A program made the position numbers and the translations under genes. This document shows, piece after piece, positions 1-9,835 of a stretch of DNA of 64,000 bases. The notes beneath the pieces are model-generated. The model did not search any database. It was not told where the DNA came from and worked only from the letters and a program-made list of their open reading frames with translations. The stretch spans positions 357 to 64,356 of the forward strand of contig CAZQZJ010000002.1 in NCBI GenBank assembly GCA_964597775.1, given 5' to 3'. The stretch is from an uncultured Methanosarcinales archaeon (GTDB taxonomy: Archaea > Nanobdellota > Nanobdellia > Woesearchaeales > JAGWAF01). Position 1 is the first letter of the stretch. Every line of letters begins with the position of its first letter.

Positions 1-1679
1 AGTCGTGCAGAAGATTCAGTAAGTCGTATAAGCCCTTCAAGTTGTCGTGCAGAGATTGGGATTGTTTTTGCATGTCCTTCACCTTTTCCACTAGCCCGCA
101 TTTTGATATAGTAATCTTTTATTTCGTTAAGTGCTTCGTCATTAATACTAGGGAATATGTTTTGTTTGGCATATGCAATGTATTTGCGTAAGAATTTGGT
201 ATCAATTTGGGCTTCGTGTGAACTAACATTTTGGTGTAAGGAAAGGATAAATGATGCAAGTTTTTCATCAGTTGCAGGATCAGGGACGTCCTTAATAATA
301 AAGATTAGGTCAAATCGATTAATAAGTGTTACAGGAAGATTGATTTGTTCAGGAACAGTAAGATAAGGGTCAAAGCGGCCTAGTTTTGGGTTTGCAGCTG
401 CAACTACTGAGGTTTCACATCGTAGTGTAGCTTGGATGTTTGCTTTTGAGATGGACACGCTTTGTTGCTCAAGTGCTTCGTGCATAGATGAGCTATCTTC
501 TTTACTCATTTTATCAAGTTCATCAATAAGGCAAACTCCTTTGTGAGCTAGTACTAATGCTCCTGCCTCAAGACTCCAGCCTTGTAAAAATTCATCTTTG
601 ACAACAGAGGCTGCAAGTCCAGCTCCTGTTGATCCTCTTCCAGTTGTATATCTTGATTTTGGTGCAACTACAGCCAGTCGCTTGAGCATTTGTGATTTTG
701 CAGCACCAGGGTCTCCAATAAGAAGAATGTGTGTGTCTCCTCTTGTAATAACACCATCTGGGCGTTGTTTACGTACACCTCCAAAAAGTTGTAGAAGAAG
801 GCCTTCTTTGATCTTGTCATGGCCATAAATAGTAGGTGCAAGTGATTCTACCATTTTTTTCACGAGTTTAGGATCATTTGATAATGCAAGAACCTGTTCT
901 TTTTCTTCTTCACTAATAATAAGTTCGGTAAAATCTTCTTGTGTTGTTTGAATATGGTTTCCGTCAATGATAATATCATATTTTGTGCTTTGTCCGCCAG
1001 TGCGAAGAAGGGTTGGTACTTCTTTGACAAATCCGGTAATAATAATCTTTGTGCCAGGATTCGTCCTTTTTTCTGAGAGTGGGCTAACAAGATCGTTTTT
1101 GAGTATGGCATTAAGTCGTTTTGGTTGTTCTCCTCCTTCTAATTCTTCTGAGGCTTCTTCAAGAACAAGTCCTTGTGCATCAATAAGTTCTTTAGAAAGA
1201 AGTCTAAACCTTCCTTTGCGTCCACAGCTACATTTTGTTGGTTCTTTAAATTTTTTGTCAAGTTGGAGAATATTGATGACATTTCCGCATGCTGGGCACT
1301 CAAATTTTGCTGATGTTACATGTGGTCGTACTTCTCCTTTATTTCTTACTACACCTGTTGTCCAGATAAGTTTGCCTAAATGTGTGCTTCTAATTTCTCG
1401 CAGAAGGATTTTTTGGCTTCTGGGAAGGTTAAAGATTCTTACTTGGAATGGTTTCCGTTCACCAGGAAGATCCATTTGTCCAATTGCTATTTCAGCTGCT
1501 TTTAGCATTTCTTCTGGTTGGGTAATAAGAGTGTCTGCAATTTCAATGCTAAATTTGCTTAATGTGCTAAAATCAATATCAACCCAGTATTCTTGTTTGC
1601 GCGCATGTTCGAGAAGGTCTGCATAATAATTTTCTCTAAAAAATTCACCCCATGTTCGTATTTGTTCCATAACCTCCAT
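1..1679 (-). CDS. mcm: MCM replicative helicase (N-terminus complete; C-terminus runs off window start)
   Basis: Hand translation of minus strand from ATG at 1679: MEVMEQIRTWGEFF..., C4 zinc finger CPACG..CSCG, Walker A GDPGAAKSQ, Walker B CLIDELDKM, arginine-finger region; not in ORF track because it reaches the window edge. Confidence 0.9.
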   Translation of the reverse strand, partial: MEVMEQIRTWGEFFRENYYADLLEHARKQEYWVDIDFSTLSKFSIEIADTLITQPEEMLKAAEIAIGQMDLPGERKPFQVRIFNLPRSQKILLREIRSTHLGKLIWTTGVVRNKGEVRPHVTSAKFECPACGNVINILQLDKKFKEPTKCSCGRKGRFRLLSKELIDAQGLVLEEASEELEGGEQPKRLNAILKNDLVSPLSEKRTNPGTKIIITGFVKEVPTLLRTGGQSTKYDIIIDGNHIQTTQEDFTELIISEEEKEQVLALSNDPKLVKKMVESLAPTIYGHDKIKEGLLLQLFGGVRKQRPDGVITRGDTHILLIGDPGAAKSQMLKRLAVVAPKSRYTTGRGSTGAGLAASVVKDEFLQGWSLEAGALVLAHKGVCLIDELDKMSKEDSSSMHEALEQQSVSISKANIQATLRCETSVVAAANPKLGRFDPYLTVPEQINLPVTLINRFDLIFIIKDVPDPATDEKLASFILSLHQNVSSHEAQIDTKFLRKYIAYAKQNIFPSINDEALNEIKDYYIKMRASGKGEGHAKTIPISARQLEGLIRLTESSAR

Positions 1680-1703
1680 AGATAGTGGGAGTCTCTCATA
1701 CCT

Positions 1704-1712
1704 TTATATATG
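1704..1712 (-). promoter_or_regulatory. TATA-box-like element (minus-strand ATATATAAAGG) ~25-30 nt upstream of mcm ATG, consistent with a leaderless or short-leader transcript
   Basis: AT-rich TATA-like motif at archaeal promoter distance from the mcm start. Confidence 0.4.
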
Positions 1713-1797
1713 TTATATGTTGTCGACAATCGTCTGGTTATTTCAGAATTGGGTTCAATACTCCGCAGCTCTGCTACGGTTGCACAACACGATTCTG

Positions 1798-1916
1798 AAA
1801 TTATATCAAATCACTTTAATTATCAGATGTTTTACCATTATTAAAGTGATTTGATTATTAGGAAATAACCTTACTTTCGTTTGTGAAATATCCTAAAATT
1901 AAGGTTATTTCCTATA
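1798..1916. repeat. Double-hairpin intergenic repeat, copy 1 (stems tcaaatcactttaat/attaaagtgatttga and aggaaataacctta/taaggttatttcct)
   Basis: Near-identical copy at 27054-27172; both stems conserved while the first loop differs between copies. Confidence 0.6.
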
Positions 1917-2041
1917 GAAATTGACAGTCACAAAGCGAGAAAACTGACCAATAAATCGCAGCTTGCTGCGGAGTGAGTGAAGCGAAGGGTGGGATGGTCA
2001 GTTTTCAGGCAATTTCTTTATTTGTTCAGAAAAATATAGTA

Positions 2042-2626
2042 TCACATAACTTTCTTAAGATTTTTTATTAGTTTGTCTAGCACGCGATGAACATCTTCTT
2101 CTGTTTTAGTTCCAGTGCAAACGATTTTGCCATTTGAGAAAAGGAGAAATGTTGCTTTGTCATCAATAAGTTTGTAGACAAGGCCTGGGAATTGTTCAGG
2201 TTCGTACTCAGTATTGTCAAGTTTCATAGCTAAGGTATTGAGATTCAGATCCATGCCGATGCTTCCTGAGGCTACAATGTTTTGGATCTTAATAACAGGG
2301 TCAACTTTGATCTTAATGCCAATCTTTTCAAGTGATTTAATGATCTTTTTGATAGATTCATTAACCTCTTCCATTGTGCGGCCGCCAGTACAAACTACCT
2401 TTCCTGAACTAAAGATAAGTGCTGAGGTTTTTGGATCTTTAATTCTAATGACTAGTCCAGGGAATTGTTCTGGGTTATATTCTGTATTTGAGAGTGTGGC
2501 TGCCATTTTTTCAAGTGGGATGTCATGTTCTAGTGAAGTAGAAATAACAATATTGACAATTCTAATCTCACGTTTTCCTTCTTGTTTTGCTGGTTGTTTT
2601 TTTGCTGCTGGCATAGTTTCTTCCAA
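2042..2626 (-). CDS. tbp: TATA-box binding protein
   Basis: Two internal TBP repeats (EYNPEQFPGLVIRI / EYEPEQFPGLVYKL, NIVASG), 194 aa. Confidence 0.9.
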   Translation of the reverse strand: MEETMPAAKKQPAKQEGKREIRIVNIVISTSLEHDIPLEKMAATLSNTEYNPEQFPGLVIRIKDPKTSALIFSSGKVVCTGGRTMEEVNESIKKIIKSLEKIGIKIKVDPVIKIQNIVASGSIGMDLNLNTLAMKLDNTEYEPEQFPGLVYKLIDDKATFLLFSNGKIVCTGTKTEEDVHRVLDKLIKNLKKVM

Positions 2627-2725
2627 CCCCTAAGTTTTTTGTTTATAAATGTAGGTTGGTATTTAAATGTGTCTGTTTATAAAGCTCGACGATTGGTGTT
2701 TTGTCAAGAACCACTGCTAATTTCT

Positions 2726-3466
2726 TTAATAAACTTTCAGAACCTTTCGTAGTATCATTGAGAATAGGATAGAGAAGAGTATGTATGTTCCAAGCCATCC
2801 AATCTCCCAGCCAAAAATGTTTAGGAGTTTTAGCTCTGATTGTTCTGTATCAATGCGTTGGATTCCGTCAGCATTAATAGGTGTGCTCACTGGTTCATAT
2901 GAGCGATCTGTTGTTACAAGAATCTTTTTGTGAAAAGTGGTGTTTCCAATGCCTATTGTAATAATATGGTTGCCTGCTTCTGCTTTAAGTCCCCATCTTG
3001 CCTTGTTTGCAGTGATTTTTTTGGTTGGTTCATCAAGTAGGGTTATTCCAAGGGGAGGATAAAGAGTAGCATTGTTGCCATCAATTTCGCCATGTAAAAG
3101 AATAGCAAACTCCTGGCCTGGCTTGATAGGTTCATAGGCATAATGTGCTGAAAGCCATCCAAAGATGATAATAAGTGGGAGGAGGGTTAGAATGGTTGGT
3201 TTGAGGCTTTGCATCATATATTTCATGTTGGTTTCCATAACCTGTTTTTGTACGCTAAGTGCTTTTTGTGGATTATCTCTAAGTGTTTTCATCTCTGTTT
3301 GAAGTGTATTCATTTCATCTTTGAGTTGCTTCATCAGGTTCTGGTCAGTGACGTATTTATAGACGATAGTGATAAATAATGAAATCAGAAATGAGAGTAT
3401 TATAATGGAAATAAGTGGTGAGATGTGTAAGAATGGTAAGAGAATTGGATCAAGGAATGCATACAT
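2726..3466 (-). CDS. DUF106/EMC3-TMCO1-like (Oxa1 superfamily) membrane protein with extra C-terminal domain
   Basis: TM - coiled coil (MKQLKDEMNTLQTEMKTLRDNP) - TM architecture; position immediately after secY as in archaeal secY-(adk)-DUF106 clusters. Confidence 0.5.
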   Translation of the reverse strand: MYAFLDPILLPFLHISPLISIIILSFLISLFITIVYKYVTDQNLMKQLKDEMNTLQTEMKTLRDNPQKALSVQKQVMETNMKYMMQSLKPTILTLLPLIIIFGWLSAHYAYEPIKPGQEFAILLHGEIDGNNATLYPPLGITLLDEPTKKITANKARWGLKAEAGNHIITIGIGNTTFHKKILVTTDRSYEPVSTPINADGIQRIDTEQSELKLLNIFGWEIGWLGTYILFSILFSMILRKVLKVY

Positions 3467-3470
3467 CGTT

Positions 3471-4859
3471 TTATTCCATGAATCTTCGAAGCATGGGATT
3501 CATATCCATCATGTGTTGTTTAGCAATTTCTTCATATAGTTTGTAAATAATCATCACTGCTAAGAGTATTCCTGTTCCTCGTGATAGTGCGCCTGCAAGA
3601 TCAGCAAATGCAGCGATGATTCCTACTGTTACTGCTCCCATAATAGTTAGGGGGGTAATATATCTTTCTAATAATCGTTCAAGGATTCGTTCGTCTTTTC
3701 GAAATCCAGGCACCTGAAGTCCAGCCTTCATAATCTGTTTTGCTTGTGAAGCTGCGTCCATGCCTGATGTTTGGACCCAGAACCAGGCAAATATGACAGA
3801 ACCAATTGTCATAAATAGGATATGTGCAAGTGCTGCTCCTAAATCAATGCTGCTTACGCTTCCTGTGATAATCTTCCGCAGAAGATCTGGTGCATATAGC
3901 CATGCTACAAGGCCTGTTGCAGGTGTGTTTCCAGCAAAGGTGCCAAGAAGTGGATATCCCCAATTTTGAAGAAGTCGTGCCCAGAGTTGGATGTTTGCTT
4001 GGAGTGCTGCAACTAGGATGACTGGGATATTGGATGTGTAAATAAATTGAAGTGGCCAGCGGATGCCGTGTCCTCTCACGCGTCCAAATGAGAGTGGTAT
4101 TTCAACTTTCATACTCTCTGCATATACTGCAATGACAAACACAACAATTGTTGCAAGTAGTGATGAAAGCATGATGCCTGCAGTGGTGGCTTCGCCTACA
4201 GCAAGACTGCGGAAGAGTTCAGGAATTGCTCCAACAAATGCTTCTGGATTTTGTTCTGAATGTAGTGGTGAGAATGCTCGAATAAAGATCTCTTGTGCTA
4301 CTCCTGCTGCGATAAAGAGTGAGATTCCAGAGCCAAAGCCCCATTTGCTAACTACCTCGTCCATGAACATGATAAGAATGCCGCCAAGGATGAGTTGGAA
4401 AATTAGTATTCCTTGGAGATAGGCATAGCTGCTTGTTCCAATAAGGGCTGGGTCTGGGGCTAATCCTCCCATGATTACATAGATTATTGCTTCAAAAAGT
4501 ACAAAGAAGATTCCCATGATTTTTTGAATGCCTTGAAATCGTGCTTTTTCTTCCGGTTTGGTAAGGTCAAATTTCATAATTCCTGAGCCATTTAGAAGTT
4601 GGAGTACAATAGATCCTGTGACAAGTGGGCCTATTCCTAAAGAGATGAGGCTTCCAAAACTTGCTCCGAGGATGATGGATAGGAATTCAAATCGTTGAAG
4701 TTCGTTTTGTCCAAGTCCAAAAAGTGGGATAAGTCCGAGGAAGAAAAATAAGACTAAGGTGATTGATGTCCATTTGAGTTTTTCTTTAAATGGTAGTTTT
4801 TTCTGTGCAGGTCTTGATACTTCAGGTAAGTGTTCAATAATGGTGTTAAGAATGCTCAT
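3471..4859 (-). CDS. secY: Preprotein translocase SecY
   Basis: 462 aa, 10-TM profile, conserved N-terminal GLIPLFGLG and plug region; follows uL15. Confidence 0.95.
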   Translation of the reverse strand: MSILNTIIEHLPEVSRPAQKKLPFKEKLKWTSITLVLFFFLGLIPLFGLGQNELQRFEFLSIILGASFGSLISLGIGPLVTGSIVLQLLNGSGIMKFDLTKPEEKARFQGIQKIMGIFFVLFEAIIYVIMGGLAPDPALIGTSSYAYLQGILIFQLILGGILIMFMDEVVSKWGFGSGISLFIAAGVAQEIFIRAFSPLHSEQNPEAFVGAIPELFRSLAVGEATTAGIMLSSLLATIVVFVIAVYAESMKVEIPLSFGRVRGHGIRWPLQFIYTSNIPVILVAALQANIQLWARLLQNWGYPLLGTFAGNTPATGLVAWLYAPDLLRKIITGSVSSIDLGAALAHILFMTIGSVIFAWFWVQTSGMDAASQAKQIMKAGLQVPGFRKDERILERLLERYITPLTIMGAVTVGIIAAFADLAGALSRGTGILLAVMIIYKLYEEIAKQHMMDMNPMLRRFME

Positions 4860-5302
4860 TGTGATCCTTCAACACTGCCGCCAGCATGTTCGATTTTTGT
4901 GATGGCAGATTTCACAGCATGTGGAATTGTTATTTTCCACTTGCGTGTTGCTTTTCCAGTGCTCAAGAGTTTAGTATATCCAATCTTTTCAAGGTTAAGA
5001 AGTGATAGGTCTCCTTGGATTGTTATCTTTTTTTCTTGCTCCCACATTGTAGCGTGTTGTTCAATAGTTTTGATTGTAATTGGAAGATTTTCTTGTTTAT
5101 TATTTTTTTTCTTAAATCCGTGTTTGCCAAAATAGTTAAGATTTTTCCAGACTGATGGTCTTTTTGCATCACTGCGTGCTCCAGTGCTTGATTTTCCTCG
5201 TCCGCCACGATTTCCTGATCCTCTGTGTTTTTTCTTAGCACCCCATCCATGTGTGTGGCTTCCTCTGTGTCTTGAGGCTTTTGTTCTTTTGTTAATTGTC
5301 AT
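4856..5302 (-). CDS. rpl15: Ribosomal protein uL15
   Basis: Gly/Arg-rich N-terminus HRGSHTHGWGAKKKHRGSGNRGGRG; operon position. Confidence 0.9.
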   Translation of the reverse strand: MTINKRTKASRHRGSHTHGWGAKKKHRGSGNRGGRGKSSTGARSDAKRPSVWKNLNYFGKHGFKKKNNKQENLPITIKTIEQHATMWEQEKKITIQGDLSLLNLEKIGYTKLLSTGKATRKWKITIPHAVKSAITKIEHAGGSVEGSQ

Positions 5303-5314
5303 GTTGTAATGCTC

Positions 5315-5680
5315 CTATATCATTCTTTCAATAAGGGCGTTAATTGCCTCTCCTCTGTAGCCAAGTGCCCCGCCTGCATCATACGATTTCTTAATGCCTT
5401 TTCTCTCGAATCCTTTTGTTGGAGGTGCAAGTCTAAAGTAGGGTTTTGATTTGCCGTCACCTCTTTTTTTAATGAGGTTATTATAGGTTGTATCATCTAT
5501 TTCTCCCCATGTGATGTAATCTTTTAGTTTGTGAATCATGCCAATCATGCTTGGTACTGCAGGTACAACAGTGCAGTAATGTTTGCGATAAAGATGGAGT
5601 CCTTGGAATGTTCTTTTGATGGGTTCAGAGAGGTTAACTTCTCCACGTATTCTAATAACTGCCAGTTGTTTTGTGGTCAT
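5315..5680 (-). CDS. rpl30: Ribosomal protein uL30
   Basis: LAVIRIRG... ferredoxin-like L30 fold signature, operon position. Confidence 0.85.
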   Translation of the reverse strand: MTTKQLAVIRIRGEVNLSEPIKRTFQGLHLYRKHYCTVVPAVPSMIGMIHKLKDYITWGEIDDTTYNNLIKKRGDGKSKPYFRLAPPTKGFERKGIKKSYDAGGALGYRGEAINALIERMI

Positions 5681-5682
5681 GA

Positions 5683-6573
5683 TTATGCACTCCGGATAGG
5701 TCCTTCACAAATGCCAATTTGTTCGATATATTCTTCACGTAATTTTACTTTCATAAGTTTGTGGAGTGCATTTATGCAGGCTTCGATAAGGTTAACTTTT
5801 GTTCTGGTTTGTCCAAAGCTTTTACTCCAAACATCTTTAATTCCAGCTAATCGCAGAATCTTTGCACACTCACCATCAACAACTAATCCCTTACCTTTTG
5901 GAGCTGGCATAAGGATAATGGTTGTGCTTCCGCATTTTCCCATTACTTTAAATGGGATAGTGTGTGGTTCACGGCATCCACATTCCCAGGATCCACAGCC
6001 GCGGCTAATTTTAAAAATGCGTAGTTTTGCATTACGTAGTGATTTTTCTCTTGCAGGTACAGTTTCTCTGCTTTTGCCATATCCTGCGCCAACGTAGCCA
6101 TTAAGGTTTCCGACAATAGCAACTGTTGCAAAACTTGGTTTGTTACCTTCACTTGTTTTTCGTTGGGTTTGTCTAAACACGCGTCGCTGTCCTCCGCCAA
6201 ATTTTCCTTTGCTTTGTCCAATTAGGAGTAGGTCAGTTTCAAGATTTGGAAGTAGGGCATCAACTATTTGTTCTTCGAGAATAGGGATATTGTTGTCAAG
6301 TAGGTAGTCGATTTGGGTAATGTTTCCAGCCTTTACCTCTTTGCCAATAGTTGTTTTTGGTGTCCAGGAGCTAAGGTCAATTTTTGTTTTTCCTATGGCG
6401 GCAACAATCTCTTCTTCAAGAGGAATTTCTGTAATAACATCTCCCTTAGCTTCAATGCGTTCTTCCTCTCCTAAGCTTATGATAAGAGGTTCTGCATTTG
6501 TTGCTGGTGAAGTGTGTTCTTCTTTTATTTGTTGTTCTTCTTTGCTTTGTGTATTTTTTTTTCGTGTTGTCAT
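5683..6573 (-). CDS. rps5: Ribosomal protein uS5 with ~80-aa acidic N-terminal extension
   Basis: S5 dsRBD and C-terminal domains (GKFGGGQRR...VGNLNGYVGAGYGKS...GLVVDGE). Confidence 0.9.
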   Translation of the reverse strand: MTTRKKNTQSKEEQQIKEEHTSPATNAEPLIISLGEEERIEAKGDVITEIPLEEEIVAAIGKTKIDLSSWTPKTTIGKEVKAGNITQIDYLLDNNIPILEEQIVDALLPNLETDLLLIGQSKGKFGGGQRRVFRQTQRKTSEGNKPSFATVAIVGNLNGYVGAGYGKSRETVPAREKSLRNAKLRIFKISRGCGSWECGCREPHTIPFKVMGKCGSTTIILMPAPKGKGLVVDGECAKILRLAGIKDVWSKSFGQTRTKVNLIEACINALHKLMKVKLREEYIEQIGICEGPIRSA

Positions 6574-6574
6574 G

Positions 6575-7129
6575 TTATCGTGATTCCATAATTTTTTTCT
6601 TAACCATTTCTATTTCTGTAGAAAGATTTTTGCTTGGGTGTAAACTAAATTGGTTTTTGTTATGGCAGTCTGTTTGGGCATACTTGATTATATGGATTCC
6701 ACTAATACGTTCAGATGTTGGTAGGCTTGAGGGGTCATGAGGTATGCTAATTCCGCCATCAATTGTTCCTTTGAGTGCTGCATATATTTTTGAGCCTGAA
6801 ATTGAGGGGTATAACCCGCTGTCAAGGATTGCTTTGGTAATTTTAGCTTTCTTTGCTTTTTGTGCAAGAAGTAGTCCTGTAAGGTATGCTGCAGGTATAT
6901 TTTTTGGTGATCCAGTATATCCAAAAGTGGTGAGCTCTTTTGAGTGTGCGCTTGTTGATACGTGATCGCCTTGTTGGTTGTAAGTAATGAGTTGTGTACT
7001 AATGTATTTTAGTGTTTTTCGTACAACTAATCGTGGTGTTTTAGCTATTAGGAGTTTTAATCGTTTCTTGTAGTTTGTGATACGGTGCAGCTTGCGTCGC
7101 ATCAATATGGTTTGTTGTGTGGTTCTCAT
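6575..7129 (-). CDS. rpl18: Ribosomal protein uL18
   Basis: Operon position between uS5 and eL19; conserved L18 C-terminal block. Confidence 0.8.
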   Translation of the reverse strand: MRTTQQTILMRRKLHRITNYKKRLKLLIAKTPRLVVRKTLKYISTQLITYNQQGDHVSTSAHSKELTTFGYTGSPKNIPAAYLTGLLLAQKAKKAKITKAILDSGLYPSISGSKIYAALKGTIDGGISIPHDPSSLPTSERISGIHIIKYAQTDCHNKNQFSLHPSKNLSTEIEMVKKKIMESR

Positions 7130-7584
7130 GGTCTTAGAAATTTGTTTTCTTCAAGGTAAAGTTTGATATGGCGTTTACTTCGAAAAAATCCTCCTTTGGC
7201 TTTTTGGCAGATTGTGCGGAAATCTTTTGGAGAAAGTTTATTTTTATTTTTGAGATGTACAAGCAGTTTGCGTTGGAGTCTAATCCGTGCCATCCAGGCA
7301 TCCTTTGTATTTGTTCGCGCACTTGCAAGTCCTTTATGTGAGCCGTGTCCTCTTCTTCGTCCTTTTTGTTTTTGGAGATGTATGATGCGAGCATGACCTC
7401 GTGATGTGTTAACAAGTGGTGCACGGTGGATATATCCTTTTTTGATAAGTGTACGTAGGTCGAATTTTGTAATAGCTTCTTTGATATCTGTGAGGTGTTC
7501 AACATTAAATATTACGCGTGATTCTCCGCAATGGAGTAGTTGTGCACAGAGTCTTTTTTGGACTGATAGGTTCATGGTGTTCAA
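7126..7584 (-). CDS. rpl19e: Ribosomal protein eL19
   Basis: KRLCAQLLHCGESRV..., basic C-terminus; archaeal operon position. Confidence 0.85.
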   Translation of the reverse strand: MNTMNLSVQKRLCAQLLHCGESRVIFNVEHLTDIKEAITKFDLRTLIKKGYIHRAPLVNTSRGHARIIHLQKQKGRRRGHGSHKGLASARTNTKDAWMARIRLQRKLLVHLKNKNKLSPKDFRTICQKAKGGFFRSKRHIKLYLEENKFLRP

Positions 7585-8141
7585 CTTTTTTGTGTTAGGA
7601 TTTTATCCTTTTCTTTTTTCTCGTCTTCTCGTTTTGTTTCGATTGCTTGCTTAGCTTCTTTGGTTGTTTTGATTCTTGTTTTTGTTTTTTCTTGTGATAA
7701 TGCTAATCTCTCAGCTACTCTCTTTTTACGCTGCTCAAGCAAGTCCTTAACCATGGTAAGATAATTTGAGTTGTTCTTAAGGTTAAGGATGGTGAGTGTA
7801 CCTGCAGATTTAATGATTTCTGCTCGTTTACGCATACCAACTCCTGCAGCGATAATGATTCCTTGTGTTTTGGAATTAATGGTGAGAAGTTGGTTTTTGT
7901 TGCTAACAAGAACTGGTTCAAGTCCGCTAGGATCAAGTCCTCGTACTGCTGTTGGTGACTTGTATCCTATCTGGATTTTTTTGTTGTAACTCCATTTATT
8001 ATGTCTTATTTTGGAGTGAACTCCTCGTGGTCTGCGCCATGCAGATTCTACGCGTTTCTTTTTATGGTGGTCTTGTTTGTGAAATTCTGGTTTGCGTGCC
8101 TTTATCACTTTTCTGATGTTGAGAAGGTTCATGTCAGCCAT
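7581..8141 (-). CDS. rpl32e: Ribosomal protein eL32 with K/E-rich C-terminal tail (start set to internal Met MADMNLLNIRKV, because the longer ORF overlaps uL6)
   Basis: HKQDHHKKKRV.SWRRPRG..SKIR motif; the upstream 45 codons overlap the uL6 gene. Confidence 0.75.
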   Translation of the reverse strand: MADMNLLNIRKVIKARKPEFHKQDHHKKKRVESAWRRPRGVHSKIRHNKWSYNKKIQIGYKSPTAVRGLDPSGLEPVLVSNKNQLLTINSKTQGIIIAAGVGMRKRAEIIKSAGTLTILNLKNNSNYLTMVKDLLEQRKKRVAERLALSQEKTKTRIKTTKEAKQAIETKREDEKKEKDKILTQKS

Positions 8142-8142
8142 G

Positions 8143-8685
8143 CTATACAGCCTCTCCACATTTTTTGGTAATATAGATTCCATCCTGGAATATTCTGCGA
8201 TCTCTGTTGCTAATGCGACAAATTTGTTCAATATCACTTGCTGTTTTTCCTGCGCATTCAATGTCAATACTTTCAATGTTAATCTTATCTCCGGCTAGTG
8301 TTACCTTGACACCAGAGCTAATGGTCACTTTTCGTGGTATTTTTTCTCCAAGAAAATTTTTGACTAAGAGTACGTTTCCTTGGAGTGTTATGTTCATTGG
8401 AAAGTGTCCGTTACAAATCTTGAGTTCATATCTAAATAGGTCCTGGACTCCTTTAATCATATTTTTTATGTGTGCAAGAGTGCTGTATAGCATGGTTTTC
8501 TCTTTTTTAGTTCCTTGTTTCGTATAGATTTTTATTGTGGTGTCTTCAATGTTAAGGTGAATATTTGGTTTTGTGAAGATGCGTTTATTTTCTCCATGTA
8601 ATCCTTTAATACTAAGGAGTCCGTTTGTATAGGTTGCGCTAACACCGCTTGGAAGTGGTATTTGTTCAGTAATGTCGATTTTCAT
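8143..8685 (-). CDS. rpl6: Ribosomal protein uL6
   Basis: Two-domain L6 pattern, 180 aa, operon position. Confidence 0.9.
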   Translation of the reverse strand: MKIDITEQIPLPSGVSATYTNGLLSIKGLHGENKRIFTKPNIHLNIEDTTIKIYTKQGTKKEKTMLYSTLAHIKNMIKGVQDLFRYELKICNGHFPMNITLQGNVLLVKNFLGEKIPRKVTISSGVKVTLAGDKINIESIDIECAGKTASDIEQICRISNRDRRIFQDGIYITKKCGEAV

Positions 8686-8687
8686 GG

Positions 8688-9077
8688 TTAGTAGCAGTAG
8701 GCAAGCAGTTTGCCGCCTACATGTTGTTTTTTTGCTTCGATGTGGGTCATAATTCCTTTTGGTGTGCTTACAAGGAGTACTCCCATATCTTGTGCAGGGA
8801 GAAATCTTTTTTCAAATTTTTCAAATTCGTTGACTGAAACTGCGAATCTTGGTTTGATAACTCCTATATTATTGATTGTGCCAAGTAAGTTGATGCGAAG
8901 ATAGCCTCCTTTTGCTGGTGTTATTTCTTCATAGCTTCCAACATAGCGGTGTTTGGAAAGGGTGGTGAGTACGCGTTTGAGAAGGCTGCTTGCTGGATGA
9001 ATAAGGCATTCTTTTTTCCCTGTTTGTTCATTGTTAAGAACATTTGATAATGCATTTGCAAGTGGGTCGTTGAGCAT
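8688..9077 (-). CDS. rps8: Ribosomal protein uS8
   Basis: MLNDPLANALSNV...N-terminus typical of S8; 129 aa. Confidence 0.9.
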   Translation of the reverse strand: MLNDPLANALSNVLNNEQTGKKECLIHPASSLLKRVLTTLSKHRYVGSYEEITPAKGGYLRINLLGTINNIGVIKPRFAVSVNEFEKFEKRFLPAQDMGVLLVSTPKGIMTHIEAKKQHVGGKLLAYCY

Positions 9078-9086
9078 TGTTTCACC

Positions 9087-9317
9087 TTAGCTATACTTTT
9101 TAAATCCTATTTTGAGTGCGATTTCGCGAAAGCAGTGTCTGCATAAATCCAGTTTGTACTTTCTAATGTGTCCGCCTAAACGCCAGCAACGTCGGCAGTG
9201 ATATAAGTTTATGCCTGTTGCTCTTTTTTTTGGGGCGTTATGTTTGATATACTTTTGCATGATATTCGGTTTTGTTTTGAGTTGTTTGAATGCTTTGCGG
9301 TAATCACTTGTTGTCAT
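9087..9317 (-). CDS. rps14: Ribosomal protein uS14 (zinc-binding type Z)
   Basis: CRRC...CRHC zinc ribbon, 76 aa. Confidence 0.85.
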   Translation of the reverse strand: MTTSDYRKAFKQLKTKPNIMQKYIKHNAPKKRATGINLYHCRRCWRLGGHIRKYKLDLCRHCFREIALKIGFKKYS

Positions 9318-9325
9318 AATTCCAC

Positions 9326-9835
9326 CTATTCAATTATTGTTCCGAATGTTTTGCTCAAGTATGTAAGTGCTTCTTGTTTGCTTATTTGTTGGCGTTTTCC
9401 AATACTAGCTCGTTTGATTTTGCGTTTTTTTATATGAAATCCAGCCTTTTGAAGTGTGATCGCAACATCAAGTCCTAGAATGCCAATTTGTGGGTTATAT
9501 TTAGCTCCTTGTATGTCGATATATTCAGGAATTCCAAATGAAAGATTGCCTTGTTCATCAAAGTTATCTGTCTTTAATTTATTGTCTTTTGAATGTAGCA
9601 ATCTCTTAAGGATGTTACTTGCGTCTTCTCTTCGTAAGGTTACTTTGCATCCGATAGGAAGTCCTGGTCTAAGGCCCCAGGTTGGGATACGTTTGTGAGT
9701 AACAGTTTTAACAGGGTTTTTTCCAGTAATTTCTTTGAGTAAAACAAGAGCCTTGTCAAGTCTAGACTGTTCTTTTCCTGCCCCAATATTAAGGGTTATT
9801 TTCTCAATCCGAATATCGTGTTGAAGGTTGCTCAT
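9326..9835 (-). CDS. rpl5: Ribosomal protein uL5
   Basis: ITLNIGAGK...KRASIGKRQ, operon position. Confidence 0.9.
   Translation of the reverse strand: MSNLQHDIRIEKITLNIGAGKEQSRLDKALVLLKEITGKNPVKTVTHKRIPTWGLRPGLPIGCKVTLRREDASNILKRLLHSKDNKLKTDNFDEQGNLSFGIPEYIDIQGAKYNPQIGILGLDVAITLQKAGFHIKKRKIKRASIGKRQQISKQEALTYLSKTFGTIIE

Noticed and set aside
967-1626. 219-aa plus-strand ORF
   Set aside because: Lies antisense within the clearly coding MCM gene; translation is low-complexity Ser/Leu/Arg-rich with no motif.
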